Positions 10,101 to 20,258 are shown, numbered from the stretch's first letter. The stretch: DNA of 64,000 nucleotides from an uncultured Cryomorphaceae bacterium (GCA_964516765.1 CAZEWZ010000003.1:78692-142691), one strand, 5' to 3'. Numbers and translations: made by a program. Notes: generated by a model from the sequence alone, not told the origin.

Positions 10101-11306
10101 ATGAAAGTAGCAGTAATAGGTGGAGGAGCTGCAGGATTTTTCTCAGCATTTTCTTCTAAAGAACATCATCCAAATGCGGAGGTTTTTCTTTATGAAAAAT
10201 CTGATAAAATTCTTTCAAAAGTGAAAATATCAGGAGGAGGAAGGTGCAATGTAACACATGCTTGTTTTCAACCCTCTGCGCTATCAAAATTCTACCCCAG
10301 AGGCGCCAAGTCACTAAAAAAGGCATTTATAGTTTTTCAACCCAAGGACACAATTAAATGGTTTTCTGATAGAGGCGTGGCATTAAAAACGGAATCGGAT
10401 AATAGAATATTTCCTATTTCTAACAATTCTCAAACTATTGTGGATTGCTTTTTAAGAGAGCTTCAAATTAAAAAAATTGAACTAATTAAGAATGCTAGAA
10501 TTCTTGAGATAATTCCTAATATTAATGGTTATTATCTGTGTTTTAAAAATCACAAAATACTTTTTGATAAGGTGATTATTGCTTCTGGAGGAAGCGCGAA
10601 ATCTAGAGGGTTTGATTGGTTGAAAAATTTAGGACACCACATTATTGCGCCTATTCCATCCTTATTTACTTTTAATATGCCAAATGAATCGATTACGAGA
10701 CTTATGGGAGTAGTTGTTGATAATGCAACGGTTCGCATTCAGGGAACCAAACTTGAATATCAAGGGCCTGTATTGATTACGCATTGGGGAATGAGTGGCC
10801 CAGGTATTTTAAAGTTATCCTCGTGGGGGGCAAGATTTTTACATGATAGAAATTACGAATGTAATATTCAGATTAATTGGATTTCAATAAAAAATGAACA
10901 GGATGTTTTTCATCTTTTTTCAGAAATGTTTGATTCATTCAAGCGAAAAAAAATGGCGAATGCAAACCCTTTTTCTTTACCCAGTCGTATTTGGCTTTAT
11001 TTTCTAGATCGATTGCAAATTTCCCCAAACTCTATTTGGTTAGATTTATCTAAGAAAAACCTTAATAGATTGATTAACATATTGTTAAATGATGTTTACG
11101 TAGTTTCAGGAAAAACCACTTTTAAAGAAGAGTTTGTAATATGTGGAGGAGTATCTATGGACGATGTCCGCGTGAATACAATGGAAAGTAAAGTTTGCCC
11201 GAATATTTATTTTGCTGGAGAAGTTCTGAATATAGACGGAATTACTGGTGGATTTAATTTTCAATCTGCCTGGACCACAGGATTTATAGCTGGAAAACTA
11301 GAGTAA
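10101..11306 (+). CDS. HI0933/BaiN-like NAD(P)/FAD-dependent oxidoreductase (aminoacetone oxidase family)
   Basis: N-terminal dinucleotide fold VAVIGGGAAGFF, then KISGGGRCNVTH and C-terminal GEVLNIDGITGGFNFQ, all typical of this flavoprotein family. Confidence 0.85.
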   Translation: MKVAVIGGGAAGFFSAFSSKEHHPNAEVFLYEKSDKILSKVKISGGGRCNVTHACFQPSALSKFYPRGAKSLKKAFIVFQPKDTIKWFSDRGVALKTESDNRIFPISNNSQTIVDCFLRELQIKKIELIKNARILEIIPNINGYYLCFKNHKILFDKVIIASGGSAKSRGFDWLKNLGHHIIAPIPSLFTFNMPNESITRLMGVVVDNATVRIQGTKLEYQGPVLITHWGMSGPGILKLSSWGARFLHDRNYECNIQINWISIKNEQDVFHLFSEMFDSFKRKKMANANPFSLPSRIWLYFLDRLQISPNSIWLDLSKKNLNRLINILLNDVYVVSGKTTFKEEFVICGGVSMDDVRVNTMESKVCPNIYFAGEVLNIDGITGGFNFQSAWTTGFIAGKLE

Positions 11307-11362
11307 ATTATTCAGGGGTCACAGTTATATACTACCCTTTTTTATAAGCTCATTGAAATAGG

Positions 11363-11370
11363 TATATTTG
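11363..11370 (+). promoter_or_regulatory. TAnnTTTG (-7) promoter box for the THUMP methyltransferase-priA operon
   Basis: TATATTTG, 18 nt before the in-frame ATG at 11389. Confidence 0.5.
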
Positions 11371-11388
11371 AACTCATTTAAATGGTTT

Positions 11389-12573
11389 ATGGGCATGCCA
11401 AATAATAACAAAAAACAGAGTGATAATTTTGAAATGATTGCAAAGACCTATCATGGACTGGAAGATATTCTTGCTAAAGAGCTCCTAAAATTAGGAGCAA
11501 AAAATATTCAAACCCTTCGTCGTGCAGTCAAATTTAAAGGAGATTTAGGTTTTATGTATAAAGCTAATTTATCTCTTAGAACAGCAGTGCGAATTATAAA
11601 ACCCATCAAGACTTTTGTAGTCAGAAATGATGAAGAACTTTATAAAGAACTTCGAAATATTGATTGGGAAGAGTATATGACAATTGATGACAAGTTTGCA
11701 GTTGATTCCTTTGTTAATTCTCCTCATTTTAATCATTCATTGTATGTTGCATTGAAAACTAAAGATGCCGTTGTGGATCAGTTCAGAGATAAGTGTGGAA
11801 TGAGGCCTGATGTAGATCTTGACCATCCCAATCTGAGAATTAATATTCATATAAATAAGGAAACTTGTACCGTATCCTTAGATAGCTCAGGGAAATCATT
11901 ACATAAAAGAGGTTATCGTATAGAAACCAATGATGCTCCTATATCTGAGGCTCTCGCTGCTGGACTTATTCTACTTAGTGGTTGGGATAAAAAATCAATT
12001 TTCGTAGACGGAATGTGTGGTTCAGGTACTTTTTTAATTGAGGCCGCCATGATTTCTTCAAATATTCCAGCAAATATAAATAGGGCTCATTTTTCTTTCC
12101 AGGATTGGCCAGATTTCGACGAAGATCTGTGGACATTAATTAGGGAAAGTCAATTGAAACGTTCAAAGGACTGTTTTGGGAAGATTATTGGGTACGATTT
12201 AGATCCGCATACGGTAGAATCCGCCAAGAAGAATATTGAAAATGCAGGATTAAATGAATATATTGACATTTATTGTGCTAATTTTTTTGACACTCACAAG
12301 CCAGAAGGTCCTACTCATTTAGTGTTCAACCCCCCCTATGGTGTTAGACTTCAGGGAGATATACCTCAAATGTATGAATCAATTGGTAATACTTTAAAGA
12401 AGAATTATTCTGGTGCTGAAGCTTGGTTTCTAAGCTCCCACATGGAAGGTTTAAAACATGTTGGTCTTAGATCTTCAAGAAAGATCGAGATTTATCAAGC
12501 AAAGTTAGAATGTAGGTTTGTCAAGTATGAAATGTATAATGGCTCTAAGAAACTGATAAAAAAAGACCTTTGA
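11389..12573 (+). CDS. THUMP-domain class I SAM-dependent RNA methyltransferase (RlmL/UPF0020-like)
   Basis: THUMP-like N-terminal half, SAM motif DGMCGSGTFLIEAA and catalytic NPPYG. The ORF-track TTG start (11368) lies inside a TATATTTG promoter box, so I prefer the in-frame ATG at 11389, 18 nt past the box. Confidence 0.85.
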   Translation: MGMPNNNKKQSDNFEMIAKTYHGLEDILAKELLKLGAKNIQTLRRAVKFKGDLGFMYKANLSLRTAVRIIKPIKTFVVRNDEELYKELRNIDWEEYMTIDDKFAVDSFVNSPHFNHSLYVALKTKDAVVDQFRDKCGMRPDVDLDHPNLRINIHINKETCTVSLDSSGKSLHKRGYRIETNDAPISEALAAGLILLSGWDKKSIFVDGMCGSGTFLIEAAMISSNIPANINRAHFSFQDWPDFDEDLWTLIRESQLKRSKDCFGKIIGYDLDPHTVESAKKNIENAGLNEYIDIYCANFFDTHKPEGPTHLVFNPPYGVRLQGDIPQMYESIGNTLKKNYSGAEAWFLSSHMEGLKHVGLRSSRKIEIYQAKLECRFVKYEMYNGSKKLIKKDL

Positions 12574-15011
12574 TTTTCCTTGAACCATGCTATATTGATG
12601 TTATTCTTCCTCTACCGATAAATCAAAAGTTTACTTATCAAATAACGAAGGAATACTTTTCTAAAATTCAAGTAGGTTGTCGGGTTGCAGTTCCATTTGG
12701 TCGAACAAAAGTGTATGCAGGAATCGTTTCCAATTTTCATTGTATCGAGCCCGAATATGAAGTAAAGTATGTTCTCGAAGTTTTAGATGAGACTCCCATA
12801 GTTTCTTCCTCACATATTAATTTTTGGCAATGGATGGCTGATTACTACATGTGTTCTCTGGGGGAAGTTTTTAATGCTGCTTTACCTTCCACCTTTAAGC
12901 TAGCTAACGAAACTTTTGTGGTTCTTCATTCTGAATGGAATGAAGACAGTTCTAAACTGAACGATAATGAATATTTAATCGTTGAAGCTATTCAAATTCA
13001 TAAGCGTCTGAAAATTCAGGAAATTGCACAGATTTTAGAAAGGAAATCGGTATTACCACTAATCAAAATGATGCAGGAACGCAAGATTATTGAAATTGAG
13101 TCTGAAGTTTATGAACGCTTTAATCCCAAAATGTCAAAAATTATTCGTCTTTCATCAGAATTAACTCCCCAGTCTGCTCGCAGTCTATTGAGTACTTTTA
13201 GACATTCACCTAAGCAAGCATCTTTTTTAGAATATTTTTTGACAGAAAGAGTTCCTGAGGTTCCAATTCATAAATTTTGTAAGGAAAATGGATTAAAGAC
13301 TTCCTACGCTAAAGGTTTAGTAAACAAAGGAATAATTCAAATTGAGGAGGTGGAAGTTAACCGATTAAAGAAAGAATTAGTATTGTCCGATCCATTGGTT
13401 GATTTAAATCCTGAACAAGTCGAGGTATTGAAAAACCTTCGAGCATCAAAAAAGGGAGTTAATCTTCTTCATGGAGTCACATCAAGTGGTAAAACAGAAG
13501 TCTACATCCATTTAATGAAAGACTACATCGATTTGGGAAAGCAGATTCTTTTATTGGTTCCTGAGATAGCTCTTACTATTCAACTAGTAAACAGATTAAA
13601 GCTCGCTTTTGGTGACCAAGTAGGTGTATATCATTCCCGATTTGGAATTAATGAGAGATCAGAACTTTGGCGAGATGTAAAAAGTAATCTCCGATTTCCA
13701 ATTATTGTGGGAACCCGATCTTCTGTTTTTTTACCTTTTGATAAGCTAGGACTTATCATTGTTGATGAAGAGCATGAAAGTTCATTCAAACAACAAGATC
13801 CTGCTCCCAGATATAATGCTAGAGATGTCGCAGTTGCGTTGGGTAATTATTATAAGGCTAAAGTATTATTAGGGTCTGCAACTCCTTCTATAGAAACATC
13901 CTTTAATGTTTATAATGAGAAATACGGGATTTATTCCTTGAAAACTAGATTTGGAGGATTCAGTTTCCCAGAGATGACCTTGGTAGATATTTCATACGAG
14001 CACAAGAGAAAACGTATGAATGGTCATTTTTCTGAACAACTTCTTGTTTCTATTCAAGATACTTTTGATCGAGGTGAACAAGTTCTTTTATTTCAGAATC
14101 GACGGGGTTTTGCCCCTCAACAAGAATGTCAGTCTTGTGGACATGTTTCTCACTGTAAACATTGTGATGTGAGTTTGACTTTTCATAAAAAAAGCAATCG
14201 TCTACGTTGTCACTATTGTGGTTATGCAGAACCTAACTCTCCAAACTGTAAGTCTTGTAAAAAACCAGCTCTTAAGATGAAAGGGTTTGGAACAGAAAAG
14301 ATTGAAGATGAATTACAGCAGATATTTCCAGATCGCCTGATTCAGCGAATGGATCTAGACACCACTAGAAATAAAGGAGCTTATGAGAAATTACTGAATA
14401 GATTTGAAGACCATGAGATTGATGTACTTGTTGGTACTCAAATGATTTCAAAGGGATTAGATTTCTCTAATGTAGGTTTAGTTGGCGTTCTCAATGCAGA
14501 TCAAATGTTAAATTTTCCAAATTTCAGAGCCTTTGAAAGAGCTTTTCAGATGCTTTGTCAGATTTCTGGTCGAGCCGGTAGAAAAAAGTCTGGAAGTCGA
14601 GTCCTCATTCAAACTTTTCAAGTTGATCATGATATTTTAAAATGGGTTAAGGGCCATAATTATAAGGATTTACTTGTGTCCCAACTTCAAGAACGTCAAG
14701 CTTTTAGATACCCCCCTTATTTTAGATTAATTCATATTACTGTTCGTCATCGAAATCGCTATTCAACCGATCAAGCCTCTCAATTGTTAGCCTCTTCTCT
14801 CAGAACTGTTTTTGAACATAGAGTGCTGGGACCGGAATATCCTTCTTTTGAGAGGCTAAAGGGATTTTATCAAAAGCAAATTTTGATCAAGTTAGAACGT
14901 GACCTTTCCTATTCTGATGCAAAGAATAGGCTTAATAAATTTGTGAATAATTTGAAATCTAATGTATTATTCAAAGGGGTTCATATTCGATTAGACATCG
15001 ATCCATACTAA
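12570..15011 (+). CDS. priA: Primosomal protein N' (replication restart helicase PriA)
   Basis: 813 aa with Walker A GVTSSGKTEVY, a DEEH box and Cys-rich zinc motifs (CQSCGH..CKHCD..CHYCG..CKSC). There is no in-frame ATG near the N-terminus. The apparent TTG start overlaps the upstream stop codon (TTGA). Confidence 0.93.
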   Translation: MIFLEPCYIDVILPLPINQKFTYQITKEYFSKIQVGCRVAVPFGRTKVYAGIVSNFHCIEPEYEVKYVLEVLDETPIVSSSHINFWQWMADYYMCSLGEVFNAALPSTFKLANETFVVLHSEWNEDSSKLNDNEYLIVEAIQIHKRLKIQEIAQILERKSVLPLIKMMQERKIIEIESEVYERFNPKMSKIIRLSSELTPQSARSLLSTFRHSPKQASFLEYFLTERVPEVPIHKFCKENGLKTSYAKGLVNKGIIQIEEVEVNRLKKELVLSDPLVDLNPEQVEVLKNLRASKKGVNLLHGVTSSGKTEVYIHLMKDYIDLGKQILLLVPEIALTIQLVNRLKLAFGDQVGVYHSRFGINERSELWRDVKSNLRFPIIVGTRSSVFLPFDKLGLIIVDEEHESSFKQQDPAPRYNARDVAVALGNYYKAKVLLGSATPSIETSFNVYNEKYGIYSLKTRFGGFSFPEMTLVDISYEHKRKRMNGHFSEQLLVSIQDTFDRGEQVLLFQNRRGFAPQQECQSCGHVSHCKHCDVSLTFHKKSNRLRCHYCGYAEPNSPNCKSCKKPALKMKGFGTEKIEDELQQIFPDRLIQRMDLDTTRNKGAYEKLLNRFEDHEIDVLVGTQMISKGLDFSNVGLVGVLNADQMLNFPNFRAFERAFQMLCQISGRAGRKKSGSRVLIQTFQVDHDILKWVKGHNYKDLLVSQLQERQAFRYPPYFRLIHITVRHRNRYSTDQASQLLASSLRTVFEHRVLGPEYPSFERLKGFYQKQILIKLERDLSYSDAKNRLNKFVNNLKSNVLFKGVHIRLDIDPY

Positions 15012-15089
15012 TTGTAAATAGATCCTTTAAAATCTTTTTTTAATTTAAATTTAGTCAAATTAATATTACATATTATTTTAAATAATTAG

Positions 15090-15097
15090 TAATTTTG
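15090..15097 (+). promoter_or_regulatory. TAnnTTTG box upstream of the nitroreductase relic (possibly now serving the epimerase gene)
   Basis: TAATTTTG, 39 nt before the relic ATG at 15137. Confidence 0.3.
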
Positions 15098-15136
15098 TGA
15101 AAAATTATCTTGTACAATTCGCTTAAATTTAAAAAA

Positions 15137-15384
15137 ATGAATTTAAATCATATTATTCAAAACCGAAGAAATTGTCTCATGTTTATGGGCTGTTCAAAGC
15201 ATACTTCTTACTGCTCATGAAAATAATTTTCCGGTTCAAGGGATTACAGAATTAAGGACTTATGATGACCAAATGAAAACTTTTGTAGGTTTTGATTCTA
15301 AAGACTAAGTATTGGTTTCTTCTTTATCTAGGTAAATCTGATTTATCTTATAATAAACGTATACGACTTTCAAGTGCTGAGTAA
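15137..15384 (+). pseudogene. Eroded nitroreductase-family gene remnant (internal deletion plus frameshifts)
   Basis: Three short frames read MNLNHIIQNRR.. (nitroreductase N-terminal pattern), ..SCLWAVQSILLTAHENNFPVQGITELRTYDDQMKTFVGFDSKD* and YWFLLYLGKSDLSYNKRIRLSSAE* (C-terminal pattern). Together they span about 250 bp, against roughly 600 bp for an intact gene. Confidence 0.5.
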
Positions 15385-15409
15385 AACACAATTGAAATAA
15401 TTTCGAATA

Positions 15410-16387
15410 ATGATTAAAATACTAGTTACAGGAGCTACGGGTTTTGCAGGTGGAAATATACTTTGTTATTTAGCTGATAAGTATAGTCCCACCGAAGTTA
15501 TTGGTTCAGGACGAAATAAAGAAAAAGCGAAAGAATTAATTGCCCAAGGGTATTCTATTCTAGTTGGTGATCTATTAGATATTGATTTTGTTAGAGACAT
15601 GCTTTCAGGTTTTGATGTCATTGTCCATTGTGCGGCTAAGTCATCAATTTGGGGTTCCTATGACTCTTTTTATAAAGCAAATGTGCTTGCGACCAAAAAT
15701 CTCTTAGAAGTTGTCCCTCAAGGAAAACAAATTATCTATATATCTACTGCTAATATTTATTTTGATTACTCACATAGGTTATATATAACTGAGAAAGAAC
15801 ATCGTCCAAACGCCTATAGCAATCACTATGCGAATACCAAATACGAGGCCGAGCGCATGGTTCTTGAAAGCTCCGGTTTATTTTCTGTTGCCCTTCGTCC
15901 AAGAGCGATTATAGGAGTTGGAGATACTGTTGTTTTCCCTAGGCTTATAAAGACTTATAAAGATGGCAAGTTGCGTTTGATTGGTAAGGGCGACAATATT
16001 ATTGATTTTACCTCTATAAATAATCTATGCCATGCCGTAAATTTGTGTATTGAAAACAAAGAAAAAGCCCACGCCGAGATGTTTAATGTTACGAATGGAG
16101 ATACGATTAAACTTTGGGATCAGATAATACTGATTTTATCTCAATTTGGCCTTGAATCGGATTTAAAATCGGTGCCTTATTCATTAGCTTATATTGTGGC
16201 TCGGTTTAATGAAATCATAGCTCGAGATGATGATCCAGAACCCAGTATAAGTGTTTATGGATTAGCGGTATTAAAATATTCTGTAACTTTGAGTATCGAA
16301 AAAATATGTAATCAGTTAGGCTATACTCCTGTTGAAAGTTCTACTGAGACAGTAGCTAATTTTGTTGAATGGTACAAAAATAGATAA
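15410..16387 (+). CDS. NAD-dependent epimerase/dehydratase family protein (3-beta-HSD-like SDR)
   Basis: Rossmann motif VTGATGFAGGN and catalytic YxxxK (YANTKYEAE), 325 aa. Confidence 0.8.
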   Translation: MIKILVTGATGFAGGNILCYLADKYSPTEVIGSGRNKEKAKELIAQGYSILVGDLLDIDFVRDMLSGFDVIVHCAAKSSIWGSYDSFYKANVLATKNLLEVVPQGKQIIYISTANIYFDYSHRLYITEKEHRPNAYSNHYANTKYEAERMVLESSGLFSVALRPRAIIGVGDTVVFPRLIKTYKDGKLRLIGKGDNIIDFTSINNLCHAVNLCIENKEKAHAEMFNVTNGDTIKLWDQIILILSQFGLESDLKSVPYSLAYIVARFNEIIARDDDPEPSISVYGLAVLKYSVTLSIEKICNQLGYTPVESSTETVANFVEWYKNR

Positions 16388-16394
16388 TCGATTG

Positions 16395-17063
16395 TTAATT
16401 ACATGCGTCCCATATATTGTTTTTCGGTGCAGGTGCAATTATCTTAATCGATTTTTTACTAACGGGATGTATGAAGTTCATTCCTCTGGCATGAAGGCAT
16501 ATGGATGCATCCTTATTGGATCGCTTTGCCCCGTATTTTAAATCACCTTTAATAATTGATTTGCTATGTGATAATTGTACTCTAATTTGATGGTGTCTTC
16601 CCGTTACGGGTTTTACTTCAAGCAGAGTGTATCGGTCTAGTTTTTTTAGGGTTTTATAATGTAAGACAGAAAATATTGCACGGTCGAAGGGTTTTACAAA
16701 AGCCTGAGATTTATTTGTTTTCTCATTTTTAATGAGGTAATGCTCTAGTTTTCCAAATTTGTTTGCAGGTGGATTTTCAACGATTGCCCAATAGGTTTTT
16801 TGAATGGTTTTATTTCTAAACAGTTCATTCATTCTGCGAAGTGCTTTGCTAGTCTTAGCGAACAATACTAGGCCACTTACTGGTCTGTCTAATCGGTGGA
16901 TTACACCACAAAATATATTTCCTGGCTTTTTGTATCTTGTTCGCAAATAATCTTTGACCATTTCAGGCAAGGGAGTATCTCCTGTTTTATCTCCTTGGAC
17001 AAGGTCTCCCGACTTTTTGTTCACTGCAATAATGTGATTGTCTTCGTAAAGAATCTCAATCAT
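16395..17063 (-). CDS. RluA-family RNA pseudouridine synthase (no S4 domain)
   Basis: Catalytic-Asp motif HRLDRPVSGLVLFAKT and GRHHQIRVQL, 222 aa. Its start overlaps the panB stop by 1 nt. Confidence 0.85.
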   Translation of the reverse strand: MIEILYEDNHIIAVNKKSGDLVQGDKTGDTPLPEMVKDYLRTRYKKPGNIFCGVIHRLDRPVSGLVLFAKTSKALRRMNELFRNKTIQKTYWAIVENPPANKFGKLEHYLIKNEKTNKSQAFVKPFDRAIFSVLHYKTLKKLDRYTLLEVKPVTGRHHQIRVQLSHSKSIIKGDLKYGAKRSNKDASICLHARGMNFIHPVSKKSIKIIAPAPKNNIWDACN

Positions 17064-17893
17064 TAATATTGTTCATTTTCGTTGGGGAAATTTCTCATCT
17101 TCACATCATTTACATACCCCTTTATAGCTGCTGTTATTTCGTCAAATAGAGAAAGGTATCTTCTCAAAAATCGAGGACTGAATTCGTGGGTCATTCCAAG
17201 CATATCATGAGTCACCAATACTTGACCATCTACATTACCCCCCGCTCCAATTCCGATTACAGGGATTTGAATTGATTCTGCAACTTTTTGTGCTAATTCA
17301 GCTGGCACTTTCTCAAGTACTAGTGCAAAACATCCAGTTTTTTCAAGAAGTTTTGCGTCAGATATAAGTTTTTTTGCTTCATGTTCTTTCTTTGCTCTAA
17401 CAGAATATGTACCAAATTTATAAATAGATTGGGGTGTTAATCCCAAATGACCCATCACTGGGATTCCAGCAGTGAGAATTCGCTCTACAGACTCAATTAT
17501 TTCCGCACCACCTTCGAGTTTGATTGAATGTCCTCCAGACTCTTTCATTACTTTAATAGCTGAATTTAGAGCCTCAATTGAGTTACCTTGATAGGTTCCA
17601 AAAGGAAGGTCTACCACAACTAAAGCCCGATCTACCGCACGGACCACAGAAGAAGCATGATATATCATTTGGTCTAAAGTAATGGGTAGAGTAGTCTCGT
17701 GACCAGCCATCACATTCGAAGCAGAGTCGCCAACTAATATAATGTCAATTCCAGCAGAGTCTACCATTTTAGCCATTGTGAAATCATATGCTGTAAGCAT
17801 GGAAATCATTTCTCCATTGCGCTTCATTTCTTGAAGCACATTGGTTGTTATTTTTTTAAAATCTTTTTTTTGTACCGACATATTATTCAGCAT
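17063..17893 (-). CDS. panB: 3-methyl-2-oxobutanoate hydroxymethyltransferase
   Basis: 276 aa with ...MLTAYD..., [23 protein letters not shown] and KLEGG, all characteristic of PanB. An alternative ATG lies at 17881. Confidence 0.93.
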   Translation of the reverse strand: MLNNMSVQKKDFKKITTNVLQEMKRNGEMISMLTAYDFTMAKMVDSAGIDIILVGDSASNVMAGHETTLPITLDQMIYHASSVVRAVDRALVVVDLPFGTYQGNSIEALNSAIKVMKESGGHSIKLEGGAEIIESVERILTAGIPVMGHLGLTPQSIYKFGTYSVRAKKEHEAKKLISDAKLLEKTGCFALVLEKVPAELAQKVAESIQIPVIGIGAGGNVDGQVLVTHDMLGMTHEFSPRFLRRYLSLFDEITAAIKGYVNDVKMRNFPNENEQY

Positions 17894-19073
17894 TTAGTTC
17901 AGGGACTTTAATTCTTAAAGAATCAATGAATGGAATCGAATCAAGTAAAAGAGAATCTAGGGGATAAACGGTTGTGTCAATAACGCAGTATTTAATTAGT
18001 ATTGAATCAATGAAATGCTGTTCCTCTATTTTTTTATCGATTACTTTTTGAAATAGTTCTATTTCTAGATTTTCGAAATTAATTTTCATATTTACCAGTG
18101 AATCTTTTAAGATAGTATTTAATATTTTTAGTTGTCTATTTTTTAAAGTACTCTCTATTATCTTATGGCTTAAATCAAGAAGTAAGTCAACCTGATTGGT
18201 ATCTACCGCTGATTTAATTAACGCATATTGAGAATTTTCTTTATCTAATTGATTGTTTATTAAATCGAGAGAGCTTAGTTGTTTTTCAAGAATTCGAAGG
18301 GCATTTTCAAGTTCAATTGCTCGCGCATCTAATGATTGCTCTAATTCTATCTTTAAGTACTCATTTTCTTTAATTAGATTTTTTATTTCTTTTTCGGTCA
18401 AATATATTTTTGATGGATCTCTATAAAGTTCATCTGCATATACATTAAAAAAGTCAACACGGCCTTTAGTTTCAGGGCCAATGAAAAGACCAAAACTTCC
18501 TTCCCATGACTCTTGCATACTGAAACTGTATAGCAACTGACTGTTAATATAAATATCGTGATCAATACCGTTTGTTCTAAGTTCAATGTCATTATACTCG
18601 TTAATTCCTTTGATAATATTATTTTTAATCCATCCGTCTTTTCCTTCTTCAGTAACAATTTGATATCGTCCTTCAACTAATTGGCGTACTCTAAATTTAT
18701 GAAATTTATTGAGTTCGAATATGATTGCTGATTTCCCATCTTTACTAGCGCGACAAATTATCCCAATACTTTGATTAGTGTTTTCCACAGGACCTAGCAT
18801 TAATGAGCTTCGAATTCGAAAGCTAGTTATATCGTTTTCCCAATTTGATATAATTGCATAGGGACTTTCTTTTTTTGTTCGATTCATGAAATACTCTCCA
18901 TCATCAAATACAAAAAAGTTGTCATTGTTAGTCTGAACTGGCCAAATTTCGTTTAGTTCCCCAAAGGATTCCTCAAAAAGTAATTGATTAAGCTTAATGT
19001 CAACAGTTTGTTGACAAATCCCTACACGATGAAAAAACACAATTAGGATACTAAAGCATAATATTTGTTTCAT
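17883..19073 (-). CDS. Secreted hypothetical protein: a beta-sandwich (concanavalin/DUF1080-like) N-terminal domain followed by a long coiled coil
   Basis: I prefer the internal ATG at 19073, which gives [22 protein letters not shown] (signal peptide) and sits 20 nt downstream of a minus-strand TACTTTTG box. The C-terminal half is heptad-like and rich in Leu, Glu and Lys. Confidence 0.7.
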   Translation of the reverse strand: MKQILCFSILIVFFHRVGICQQTVDIKLNQLLFEESFGELNEIWPVQTNNDNFFVFDDGEYFMNRTKKESPYAIISNWENDITSFRIRSSLMLGPVENTNQSIGIICRASKDGKSAIIFELNKFHKFRVRQLVEGRYQIVTEEGKDGWIKNNIIKGINEYNDIELRTNGIDHDIYINSQLLYSFSMQESWEGSFGLFIGPETKGRVDFFNVYADELYRDPSKIYLTEKEIKNLIKENEYLKIELEQSLDARAIELENALRILEKQLSSLDLINNQLDKENSQYALIKSAVDTNQVDLLLDLSHKIIESTLKNRQLKILNTILKDSLVNMKINFENLEIELFQKVIDKKIEEQHFIDSILIKYCVIDTTVYPLDSLLLDSIPFIDSLRIKVPELNAE

Positions 19074-19093
19074 AGTTGAGTATATTTGACCCA

Positions 19094-19101
19094 CAAAAGT
19101 A
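19094..19101 (-). promoter_or_regulatory. TAnnTTTG box for the secreted-protein-panB-rluA operon
   Basis: Reverse complement reads TACTTTTG, 20 nt before the ATG at 19073. Confidence 0.45.
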
Positions 19102-19112
19102 ATAAAATATAA

Positions 19113-19120
19113 TACCTTTG
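19113..19120 (+). promoter_or_regulatory. TAnnTTTG box 4 nt upstream of the lipoprotein ATG
   Basis: TACCTTTG-tttc-ATG(19125). A second box, TATATTTG at 19081-19088, is an alternative. Confidence 0.35.
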
Positions 19121-19124
19121 TTTC

Positions 19125-20258
19125 ATGATTAGAAAAACAGTTACCTTATTGTGCTCAATAGTCCTATTGGCATCGTGCGACAATGAATTAGATATCACTG
19201 CAGATTGGAAAGATGTATCTGTTATTTATGGTATTCTAAATTCAGAAGATTCCATAAATTATGTTAAACTTAATAAAGCATTTCTTGGACAAGGAGATAT
19301 AATGTCGATGGCTCAGCAATTTGATTCCTTATATTATAACCCTGATCAGGTGGGCCTTAGAATCATTGAATCTCAGCTTACTGGTAATCAATTTACCCCT
19401 ATAAAGACCATAGAGATGGTACCAATAGATAACATCTTAAAGCCCGAAGGTCCATTTAGTTCACCTACACAAATTATATACCAAACCGACCAAATTTTAA
19501 ATCATCTTAGATACTACACCGCAGAGGTTTATTATAAAGATACAGACCGAGTGATTGCATCCAACCCTATTCCTATTGATTTACTTAAACCTCTTTCAAT
19601 GTCTTCTCCGAACCCTTTTACTCCCATAAATATTGTACCTGATGGTTATGTTTCAAAAGCAGAATGGATTAGTATAAAAGGAGGGAAGTTATATGAATTG
19701 AATGTTACCTTTTATTACGCTGAACAGCAAATAGATGATTTATCTGATGTGGAATATAAATCTCTTGTTTGGTCTTTTCCATATCGAATGTCTTCTTCTA
19801 TTTCTGGTGGAGAAAATATGAGTATTAATATAGATGCTTTACAATTCTTGACTTTTTTATCTTCAAATATTGAAGAAAACTTAAATGTATATAGACATGT
19901 TGTAGGATTACAGGCGATTCAATCTAATTCTGGTAGTGTAGCTATCACACATTCTTGTTTAGATTTTTCTCTTATGGTTGCCGGTGATGATTTATCTACA
20001 TACATTAATTTAAATGAAAATTCTAATTCAATTGTGGTCGATCGTCCAGAGTATACAAATATTTCAAATTCAGACGGACAGCAGTATGTCGGTATATTTT
20101 CATCTCGATCTAATGATTTAATAGAAAATATCAGAATTAATAACTCTAGCAACAATGAGATTGCATTCAATGAAATTACCAAGAATTTGAATTTTGCTTA
20201 TTTCGAGGCATATATTGATGACGAAGTAATGATTATTGATACGCTTTATGCTGATTAA
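19125..20258 (+). CDS. Hypothetical lipoprotein
   Basis: Lipobox LLASC at residues 15-19, 377 aa, composition typical of a beta-rich protein. I do not recognise the family. Confidence 0.7.
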   Translation: MIRKTVTLLCSIVLLASCDNELDITADWKDVSVIYGILNSEDSINYVKLNKAFLGQGDIMSMAQQFDSLYYNPDQVGLRIIESQLTGNQFTPIKTIEMVPIDNILKPEGPFSSPTQIIYQTDQILNHLRYYTAEVYYKDTDRVIASNPIPIDLLKPLSMSSPNPFTPINIVPDGYVSKAEWISIKGGKLYELNVTFYYAEQQIDDLSDVEYKSLVWSFPYRMSSSISGGENMSINIDALQFLTFLSSNIEENLNVYRHVVGLQAIQSNSGSVAITHSCLDFSLMVAGDDLSTYINLNENSNSIVVDRPEYTNISNSDGQQYVGIFSSRSNDLIENIRINNSSNNEIAFNEITKNLNFAYFEAYIDDEVMIIDTLYAD

